A stretch of 63,980 bases of DNA, the filler included, from an uncultured bacterium (GTDB taxonomy: Bacteria; CAYJOG01): the NCBI GenBank assembly GCA_964371695.1. It is 5 parts of 5 records of this genome, joined end to end, with 100 filler letters (N's around TTAATTAATTAA, not from the genome) between each part and the next. Parts side by side here need not be neighbours in the genome. Positions count along the whole stretch, not along the records: positions 28,009 to 41,804 come from CAYJOG010000027.1; positions 41,905 to 55,500 come from CAYJOG010000028.1; 3 more parts are not named here. One strand, written 5' to 3'. Both the position numbers and the translations under genes were made by a program. How positions within the stretch are numbered: the first letter of the stretch is position 1; the number at the start of each line of letters is the position of its first letter. Positions 40,092 to 48,034 of this stretch are shown here, piece by piece. The notes under the pieces are model-generated. The model was not told the origin of the DNA and searched no databases. It saw only the letters and a program-made list of their open reading frames with translations.

Positions 40092-41804
40092 CTAGCTGCG
40101 AGGAATCCCCCGCCTGTCCCACCAGTGGCGTAGGCCTTTTTCCAGGGCGATGAGCCAGAACGCCGCCACACCGCAGGCCGCTGTCAGGCCCACTTCGCGG
40201 GGTGTGAGGGGTGCCGCGCCAAACAAACCGGCCAAGGGTTTCCACCAGATGAACAGGGCGCTTAAGCCCGCCATGCACAGCGCCCCCAGGGGCACAAAAG
40301 GAGTGCTGAAAAAGTTCACCTTCCAAAAAGGCCGGTGGTGGCTGCGGCACAAAAAAAGATAGGCCGTCTGCACCGCCACCATCACCGTCACCGCCGCCGT
40401 GCGGGCTGCCTCGGGCGGGCGGCCCTGCTCCAGCAGGTGGTGAAACAGGCCAAAGGCGCTCAGCACCAGCAGCAGGCCCACCAGCACCGTGCGCCACAAC
40501 AGCTCTCCCGAAAAAAGCGGTGTGTCCCCCGCCCTTGGCGGGTGCGCCATGATGCCCGGCTCTTTGGGTTCAAACGCCAGCGCCAGCCCCAAGGCCCCCG
40601 CCGTGGTCAGGTTCAGCCACAGGGCCTGCAACGGCAGCAGCGGCAGCGGCCCCCCCAGCACCACCGCCACCAGCAGCACCAGACCAATGCCCAGATTGTT
40701 GGGCAACGCCCAGATGAGAAACCGCGTGAGGTTGGCGTAAACCGCCCGGCCTTCCTCCACGGCAGCGGCGATGGTGGCGAAGTTGTCGTCGCTCAGCACC
40801 ATGTCGGCGGCCTCCCGCGCCAGCTCGGTGCCGCCTTTGCCCATGGCCACGCCAATGTCGGCCTGCCGCAGGGCCGGGGCGTCGTTCACGCCGTCGCCGG
40901 TCACGGCCACCACGTCGTCGCCCTGTTGCAGCGCCCGCACCAGCATCAGTTTCTGTTCGGGACTCAGGCGGGCGAACACGGTGGTGTTTTGCGCCGCCTG
41001 GGGGATTTGTTCCGGCGGCAGGGCCGCCAGTTGTGCGCCGGTGAGGGCGGTGGGCGCTGCGCCGCCGGGGCCGGTCAGCCCCACCTTGCGGGCAATGGCC
41101 TGAGCGGTGAGCAGGTGATCGCCCGTGAGCATTTTTACCTCAATGCCCGCCGCATGACACAGGGCCACGGCGTGGGCGGCCTCGGCGCGGGGTGGGTCGG
41201 CCATGGCCTGAAGCCCCAACAGCGTGAGGCCCCGCAGGTTTTCATCCTGCAATGAGTCGCCCGGCGCGGCACAAAACGCCAGCACCCGCAGACCGTCCGC
41301 CGCCATGGTGTGGGCGGCGGCCTCCACGGCGGCTGTGTCCAGGGCGGTTTGCTGATGGGCGGCGTTCATCATGCGGGTGCAGCGCGGCAACAGGGCTTCC
41401 ACCGCGCCCTTCAGCACCATCCGCTGGCCGCCGGCGAGAGTGGTGTCCTGATGCAGCGTGGCCATGAAAGCGTGGGCGGCGTCAAACGGCAACACCCCCT
41501 GCCTGGGATGGGCGGAGCGCAGGGTGGCTGGGTCCAGACCCGCCCGCCGGGCCGCCACCAGCAGGGCGGCCTCGGTGGGGTCACCCACAAACTGGGTGGG
41601 GTCGTCGTGGTGGTTCAGGTGGCTGTCGTTGCACCACACACCGGCGCTGAAAAGATCCCGGAATGTTTCGGTCACGGGCGAGGCCAGCGCCGCGCCATCG
41701 TCAGGAAAATCCAGCCATGCCCCACCGGCCCAGGCGCGCCGCACGGTCATGCGGTTTTGTGTGAGGGTGCCGGTTTTGTCGGTGCAGATCACCGTGGCGC
41801 AGCC
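40092..41804 (-). CDS. Cation-transporting P-type ATPase (C-terminal part; 5' end lost at contig edge)
   Basis: Phosphorylation motif DKTGTLT, GDPTE, KGAVE, DPPR, MLTGDH, TGDGVNDAPAL. Confidence 0.95.
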   Translation of the reverse strand, partial: GCATVICTDKTGTLTQNRMTVRRAWAGGAWLDFPDDGAALASPVTETFRDLFSAGVWCNDSHLNHHDDPTQFVGDPTEAALLVAARRAGLDPATLRSAHPRQGVLPFDAAHAFMATLHQDTTLAGGQRMVLKGAVEALLPRCTRMMNAAHQQTALDTAAVEAAAHTMAADGLRVLAFCAAPGDSLQDENLRGLTLLGLQAMADPPRAEAAHAVALCHAAGIEVKMLTGDHLLTAQAIARKVGLTGPGGAAPTALTGAQLAALPPEQIPQAAQNTTVFARLSPEQKLMLVRALQQGDDVVAVTGDGVNDAPALRQADIGVAMGKGGTELAREAADMVLSDDNFATIAAAVEEGRAVYANLTRFLIWALPNNLGIGLVLLVAVVLGGPLPLLPLQALWLNLTTAGALGLALAFEPKEPGIMAHPPRAGDTPLFSGELLWRTVLVGLLLVLSAFGLFHHLLEQGRPPEAARTAAVTVMVAVQTAYLFLCRSHHRPFWKVNFFSTPFVPLGALCMAGLSALFIWWKPLAGLFGAAPLTPREVGLTAACGVAAFWLIALEKGLRHWWDRRGIPRS

Positions 41805-41904
41805 NNNNNNNNNNNNNNNNNNNNNNNNNNNNNNNNNNNNNNNNNNNNTTAATTAATTAANNNNNNNNNNNNNNNNNNNNNNNNNNNNNNNNNNNNNNNN
41901 NNNN
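41805..41904. other. Artificial contig spacer
   Basis: N44-TTAATTAATTAA-N44. Confidence 0.98.
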
Positions 41905-41961
41905 GTCCTGCTTCGCACGAAGGGTGACACCCCGCCGGGGGCGCTGCGTATGATTCCCTGG

Positions 41962-42711
41962 GTGTGCGGGCGATACAGCATTCAGCCGGACGAGAAGTGG
42001 CGTCAGGAGTTGGGGTTGGTGTTGCCGCCGGAGGCGTTGAAGGACTGGTGGCCGGAACCATCGTGGAATGTTTCGCCTACGCAGGAGGTGCCGGTGGTTT
42101 TTCTGGATGGTGAGAGCCACGCTTGTTTTGGCCACATGCGGTGGGGGCTTGTGCCCCATTGGGTGAAACCCGACGTGGGGCTGAAATACGCCAGCAAGTT
42201 CTCCACCATCAACGCCCGTAGCGAGACGGTGGCCGAGAAGCCTTCCTTCAGGGAGCCTTTCAAGCGCCGCCGGTGTCTGCTGCCCGCCAGCGGGTATTAC
42301 GAATGGTTTCGGGAGGGGGGCGCAAAACGCCCCTTTTTGCACCACAAACCCGATGGCTCGCCTCTGGTGATGGCGGGGGTGTGGGATGAGTGGCGTGACC
42401 CGCAGGGGGTGGCTTGGCGCACCTGCGCCCTGCTCACCACCGGGGCGGGTGGCGAGGCGGCGAAGATTCACGACCGGATGCCGGTGATCCTGCACCGGGA
42501 GCACTACAACCTTTGGCTGGCACCTGACACACCGGCGCAAACCCTGGGGCAACTTCTGCTGCCGTTTGACGGCGAGTTGGAGGTGTACGAGGTAGACCGG
42601 CGGGTGAACAGCACTCGAAATAACGACCCTTCACTGGTGCAGCGGTTGCCAACGATCCCTGGGTCCTGCTGGGGGTTCCTGGGGGCATTTCTGATTGGCG
42701 GCTTGGTTTAG
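41962..42711 (+). CDS. SOS response-associated peptidase (SRAP/YedK family, abasic-site protection)
   Basis: GTG start gives M-C-G-R-Y with catalytic Cys2. Also WNVSPTQ, MRWGLVP, INARSET, RRCLLPASGYYEW, IHDRMPVIL. Confidence 0.93.
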   Translation: MCGRYSIQPDEKWRQELGLVLPPEALKDWWPEPSWNVSPTQEVPVVFLDGESHACFGHMRWGLVPHWVKPDVGLKYASKFSTINARSETVAEKPSFREPFKRRRCLLPASGYYEWFREGGAKRPFLHHKPDGSPLVMAGVWDEWRDPQGVAWRTCALLTTGAGGEAAKIHDRMPVILHREHYNLWLAPDTPAQTLGQLLLPFDGELEVYEVDRRVNSTRNNDPSLVQRLPTIPGSCWGFLGAFLIGGLV

Positions 42712-42769
42712 CTGTGTTTGTACGGCATACTAACAAGGCGTCTATTTGGCGCACAAAAGGAATCCCCTC

Positions 42770-43063
42770 ATGGCCACAAATGCCCCTTCAACCATCACAC
42801 GATCCGCCCGCCTTGGCCTAAGGGCCACGCCTGAACAGGAAGCGGTCCTGCGCCGAGCCGCCCAGGTGTCCCACAAATCGCTCACCGATTTTGTCCTGGA
42901 GGCGGCCTGTCTTGCCGCCGAGCAAACTCTGCTGGATCAGCGGCTGTTCATGGTTTCTGAGAATCAATACCAAGCTCTTCTGCAGTTGCTCGAACAACCC
43001 GAAACCGACAACCCCGGGCTGGCCGATCTTTTCTCACGCAAAGCACCGTGGGCCGGAGCGTGA
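42770..43063 (+). CDS. DUF1778 (RHH) antitoxin
   Basis: RSARLGLRATPEQEAVLRRAA…SLTDFVLEAA; GTGA overlap with the toxin gene. Confidence 0.92.
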   Translation: MATNAPSTITRSARLGLRATPEQEAVLRRAAQVSHKSLTDFVLEAACLAAEQTLLDQRLFMVSENQYQALLQLLEQPETDNPGLADLFSRKAPWAGA

Positions 43064-43554
43064 AGCTGACGGCCTGTGTGCCGTTGGCGTCAGGTCATTC
43101 CCTTGAAGGCTTCGACTGTGGGAAAACGGCGCTGAACGACTGGCTGAGCCGCCATGCACGTCAGGCTCAAGGCAGCGGTTCCGCCAAAACCTTTGTGGTT
43201 TGTGAGGAGGTGCGCGTGGTGGGTTACTTCAGCCTCACGGTGGGACAGGTGGACACGTTTGAAGCCCCGGAGCGCATCCGCAAAGGCATGGGTCAATATC
43301 CGATTCCCGTCGTCATTCTCGCCCGGCTGGCGGTGGACCTGGCCTTTCAGGGGCGGGGCATCGGCACGGGAATGCTGCAGGACGCCATTCGGCGCACCCA
43401 TCTCGTCGCCGATCAGGCGGGCATTCGCGCCCTGCTCACGCATCCCATCGACAAAGAGGCGGAGGTCTTTTACCGCCGTTTCGGCTTTGTGTCCTCACCT
43501 CTGCGGGAGGGGCAACTGCTGTTGTTGCTCAAGGATTCCCGGCGCTTTTTGTGA
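43060..43554 (+). CDS. GNAT acetyltransferase toxin (AtaT/TacT-like)
   Basis: FDCG…LNDWL, VVGYFSL, IPVVILARLAVD, QGRGIG acetyl-CoA motif, FYRRFGF. Confidence 0.93.
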   Translation: MKLTACVPLASGHSLEGFDCGKTALNDWLSRHARQAQGSGSAKTFVVCEEVRVVGYFSLTVGQVDTFEAPERIRKGMGQYPIPVVILARLAVDLAFQGRGIGTGMLQDAIRRTHLVADQAGIRALLTHPIDKEAEVFYRRFGFVSSPLREGQLLLLLKDSRRFL

Positions 43555-43582
43555 CGTCCCTTGCCGATCAGAAACATGTTTT

Positions 43583-43626
43583 GGGTAAACAGCCCCCGAA
43601 ATAACAACCCTTCTTTGGTGCAGCGG
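43583..43626 (+). repeat. Direct repeat of the SRAP 3' region
   Basis: 38/44 identical to 42602-42645; the two copies bracket the TA module. Confidence 0.8.
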
Positions 43627-43685
43627 CTCCATATTTAGGGCTTTTTGGGTTACGCGACGCCTTTGATGGGCTTGCCATTTTTGTG

Positions 43686-43699
43686 CGAACAAACATTCA
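43686..43699. promoter_or_regulatory. Putative LexA box of GAAC-N4-GTTC type (CGAAC-AAAC-ATTCA)
   Basis: One mismatch to the core GAAC-N4-GTTC; about 55 bp upstream of imuB. Confidence 0.5.
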
Positions 43700-43752
43700 T
43701 ATATTCCCTTACACTGACTTGTCCAAACACTCCGCCGTTTTTTCTGTGAGGG

Positions 43753-44928
43753 ATGGACATGCCGCAAGCCAGAACCGTATTACACCTTCGTGTTCCCCAA
43801 TTTGCCTGCGCCGTGGCACAGGCCAGCGACAGCCGCCTACAGGGCCGCCCGTTCGCCATCGTCAGCGCCGCTCACCCCAGGGGGTTGGTGCTGGAAACCT
43901 CCCATCCCGCCCGGATGATGGGGGTGCATGGGGGCATGACGGTGGGGGAGTTGCGGCGTTGGCCGGATGTGTGGGTGTTGCCGCCAGATCAGGACGCCAT
44001 GCGGTTCGCCCAATCGGCGCTGGTGAAGCTGGGGGGGCGGTATTCGCCGTTGGTGGAGGACGTGACGCTGGGCAGTATGGCGCTGGACCTCACCGGCACC
44101 ACCCGGCTTTGGGGGCCACCGCAGGACGCCGCCCAACTGGTGGCGCGGGCGGTGCAGGGGGAGACGGGGTTTTTGTGTCTGGCGGGGGTGGCGGGGGGCA
44201 AGTTCGCCAGCAACGCCGCCAGCCGGGTGGCGGTGCCCCGCGAACCCCTGCTGGTGCCCCAAGGGGGGGAGCAGGCGTTTCTGGCTCCCCTGCTGGTGCG
44301 GTTGCTGCCGGGTGTGGGGCAGGTGATGGGGCAGCAGTTGACGGGGTTGGGGGTGGAGCGGGTGGCGCAGTATCAGGCCCTGCCCCGCGACGTGGTGCAG
44401 TTGTGTTTTGGTGCGTCGGGCATCCGTCTGTTGGAACGCGCTTTGGGTCACGACAACGACCCGGTGAGGTCCGCAGACGCGCCCGCTGGTGTGGTGCAGG
44501 AAAGCCACGCCCCAAACCCGGACACCAACAGCGATGAGGCTTTGCGGGGGTGCGTGGCGCTGATTTGTGAGCGGCTGGCGCTGCGGTTGATGTTGCTCTC
44601 GCGGGTGGCGGGGAGCATGACGCTGGGGGTGGTCTACGCCGATGGACAAAGCGCCCAGCGGCAAAAACGCCTGCCAATCCCCGCCGCCCATGAAGCCCTG
44701 TTGTATCCCCAGGCGGTGGGGTTGCTGGAGGGGGCGGTGAAACGGCGGGTGCGGGTGAGGCGGCTCACGGTGACGCTGGAGCGACTGGGCCAGGACTATT
44801 GGCAGGAGTCGTTGTTTCCCCACACGCAGGACCGCCACCATCAATTGGGAGACGCCCTGCAACGGTTAAGACGCCGGTTTGGGGATCAATCGGTGCGCTT
44901 GGGGGCAGCGTGGGCGGCGGAGCAGTAA
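43753..44928 (+). CDS. imuB: Y-family polymerase-like protein, predicted catalytically inactive (ImuB-like)
   Basis: IMS fold motifs LQGRPFAIV, GVHGGMT, YSPLVE, LPGVG. Catalytic acidic residues are replaced (HLRVPQF, VTLGSMALD). Has a QESLF clamp-binding-like motif and lies directly upstream of dnaE2. Confidence 0.82.
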   Translation: MDMPQARTVLHLRVPQFACAVAQASDSRLQGRPFAIVSAAHPRGLVLETSHPARMMGVHGGMTVGELRRWPDVWVLPPDQDAMRFAQSALVKLGGRYSPLVEDVTLGSMALDLTGTTRLWGPPQDAAQLVARAVQGETGFLCLAGVAGGKFASNAASRVAVPREPLLVPQGGEQAFLAPLLVRLLPGVGQVMGQQLTGLGVERVAQYQALPRDVVQLCFGASGIRLLERALGHDNDPVRSADAPAGVVQESHAPNPDTNSDEALRGCVALICERLALRLMLLSRVAGSMTLGVVYADGQSAQRQKRLPIPAAHEALLYPQAVGLLEGAVKRRVRVRRLTVTLERLGQDYWQESLFPHTQDRHHQLGDALQRLRRRFGDQSVRLGAAWAAEQ

Positions 44929-44933
44929 GACCC

Positions 44934-47900
44934 ATGAACGCAGCGCTGGATTTGTTGTCGTGGTATTCGTTTGGCTGGGGGGTGCATCCGCCGGGGGAAC
45001 TGGTGCGCCAGGCGGCGGCGTTGGGATATGGGACGGTGGGGTTGATGGACACGGGAAACCTGTGTGGCCTGGGGCGTTTTCTGGAAGCTTGTGGTGAGGA
45101 GGGGGTGACGCCAGTGGTGGGGGCGCGTGTGGGGCTAGAGGACGGCACGCTTTACGCCGTCGTTGCGGATGATGCGGGGTATTCGGCGTTGTGTGGGTTG
45201 TTGAGCTGCCTGCACTTGCCGGATGAACCCTCGCCCACGGTGGCGGATTGGCTGGATACGCCACCGGGGTTTTTCATCCTCACCGACAGTCCATCACTGC
45301 TCAGCGCCTGCCGGGAGAGGGGCCGGGAGGTTTGGGCGGCGTGGCTGGGGCGTCCCACGCCGGTGCGCCGGTTGGCGGTGAGGCTGGGGGTGCCGCTGGT
45401 GCCGCTCACCGGCATGAACTACCTGAGTGCTCAGGACGAACCCTTTCACCGCCTGCTGCGGGCCATGTCGCTGCTCAAGGGCAAGGACAATGTGTTGGCG
45501 GGGGAGATGGCCCCGCCAAAAGCCACCCTGCCCTCGCCCCAGGCCCTGCGCGCCGGTCTGGGCGAGGATGCGCCGGGAGCCTGGCGCAATCTGGAGGGGT
45601 TGCTGGAGAGGGTGACGTATCGCGGTCCTGGGCGTGAGCCGGTGTTCCCCGTCTGGGTGGGAGGGGGAGAGGAGAAAGGCCTGTCGCCGGAGGTGGCGCT
45701 TTACCGGCGGGTGGAGGTGGGTGCGCGGTGGCGATATGGGGAGGTGGGGGGGGGGTGCGCCAGCGGCTGGACAAGGAACTGAGCCTCATCATCCGCAAGG
45801 GCTTTGCCTCTTACTTCCTCATCGTGCAGGACATTGTGCGAGGGGCGGCGAGGGTGTGTGGGCGGGGCAGCGGTGCGGCGAGTCTGGTGGCGTTTTGCCT
45901 GGGCATCACCAACGTGGACCCGGTGAAACACGGGTTGTGGTTTGAGCGGTTTTTGAACGAGGCCAGGGAAGACCCGCCGGATATTGACGTGGACTTTCCC
46001 TGGGATGAGCGCGACGGGGTGCTGGCGCGGGTGTTTGACACCTATGGCAGGGCGCACACCGCCATGATCGGCACCCACCTCACCATGCAGCCCAAGGCAG
46101 CGTTGCACGAGGTGGCGCGGGCGTTTGGCCTGCCGGAGACGGAGATCAACCGCGTGACGAAGCACTACGGGGCCACGGACTTCTGGAGAAAGGCCACGGA
46201 AGTGACGGCACCGGGCACGGTGGACCTGCCGGACCCCTGGCCTGAGATTCTGGTGGCGGCGAACCGGCTCTTGGGGATTCCCCGCCACATGGGGCTGCAC
46301 CCTGGGGGTGTGGTCATCACCCCCAGGCCGGTGCGGGCCCATGTGCCGGTGCAGCCCTCCAGAAAAGGGCCGCTGGTGATTCAGTGGGAGAAGGATTTCG
46401 CCGAGGAAGCGGGGTTGGTGAAGATTGATTTGCTGGGGAACAGGTCACTGGCGGTGGTGCGGGACGCACTGGGCATGTTGCGGGAGAGTGGGGAGGCGTT
46501 GCCCGATGAGGGAACCTGGCACCCGGAGGATGATTCAGCCACCCAGGCGCTCATGGCCAGCGGGCGCACGATGGGGGTGTTTTATGTGGAATCCCCAGCC
46601 ATGCGCCAGTTGCAGGTGAAGACGGGCAAGGGAGATTTTGAGCATCTGGTGATCCACAGCAGCATCATCCGCCCCGCCGCCATGCGGTGGATCAACGAGT
46701 ATGTGCTGCGGTTGCGAGGCAAGTCCTACACCCTCGGCCACCCGGCGCTGGAAAACCTGCTGAGCGAGAGTTACGGCATTTTGTGTTATCAGGAGGACGT
46801 GACCCGCGTGGCGATGGACATGGCGGGGTTTAGCCAGCGGGAGGCAGACAAGTTGCGCAAGGCCCTGGGCAAACCCGACGCCGAAAGGGTGGTGGGGAAG
46901 TTCAGGGAGCCGTTTGTGGCGGGGTGTGAAGCGAAGGGGGTGCCCCGCGAGGTGATTGAGGAGACGTGGTTGATGGTGGAGTCGTTCACGGGTTACAGCT
47001 TTTGCAAGCCCCACAGCGCCAGCTACGCCATGGTGAGCTTTCAGAGCGCGTGGCTCAAGGCCCGCCACCCGGCCCCGTTCATGGCGGCGGTGCTCAAGAA
47101 TGGCGGTGGTTATTACGGCCCTCTGGCTTATGTGAGCGAGTGTCGCCGTTTGGGGCTGCGGGTGTTGGGGCCGTGTGTGAATCACAGCCGGGAAAGCTGG
47201 TGGGGGGTGGGTCAAACGGTGCGGGTGGGGCTGGACGCCATCAAGGGGTTGTCCGCCAGGGCCATCGCCGCTTTGCTGTTAGAAAGGGAACGCAACGGCA
47301 CCTATGAAAACCTGCGGGATTTGCTGAACCGCACCCGTTTGGCGCAAGACGACCAGCAGGCCCTGACAGAGGCGGGGGCGCTGGACAATCTGAAACCGGA
47401 AACCGTCACCCGCGCCCATCTTCAGTGGGAGGCATTGGTGCATCGGCATCACCGCCAAGCCTGGGCACCCCGGCATAACGGACGGGCCATGCAGTTCGAG
47501 GGGCTGGCGCAGGCCAACCAACCTGATGATCTGTTGGCCCGTTTGCCGCCTTTGGAGTTGGAGAAGGTGAAAAGGAACAGTTGGTTGCAGTTTGGGCGGT
47601 TGGGGTTTTTGCCACAGGTGCATCCCCTCACCTGCTTCTATGGAAAGGCGCTGAAAGGGTTGGCGCGGGTGCCCGCCGTGGAGTTGGGGAAGAAGGTGGG
47701 GGAGGAAGTGACTCTGGCGGGCTGGCCCATTGCCATGAAGCCTGTCAGAACCATTCACGGCCAGTCCATGAGCTTTTTCTCGTTCGAGGACGAACACGAC
47801 ACTTTTGACGCGGTGTTCTTCCCCGATACCTACCGTCGTTACGCCGTCACCCTGCTGCGAGGGGTGCCCGTGGCGGTGCGGGGCACGATCCAGGATGATT

Positions 47901-47980
47901 TGGGAGCGGTGAGTTTGCATGTCAGCAGCCTCAGGCCGTTGCCGGTGGCGAAAAACGCCCAACGAACCAGCTATGATTAG
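44934..47980 (+). CDS. dnaE2: Error-prone DNA polymerase III alpha (DnaE2/ImuC), frameshifted at G10 tract 45746-45755
   Basis: PHP-like N-terminus (SWYSF…G…DTGNL) in one frame. GRGSGA, FERFL, PPDIDVDF, KIDLLG, YQED, YSFCKPHS and a C-terminal OB fold are in the -1 frame after the G run. Confidence 0.85.
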
Positions 47981-48034
47981 CAAGTCGTTTCGTAACTACT
48001 ATTGTTCCGTCCAGCAAAGGCCGACAAAAACTCA

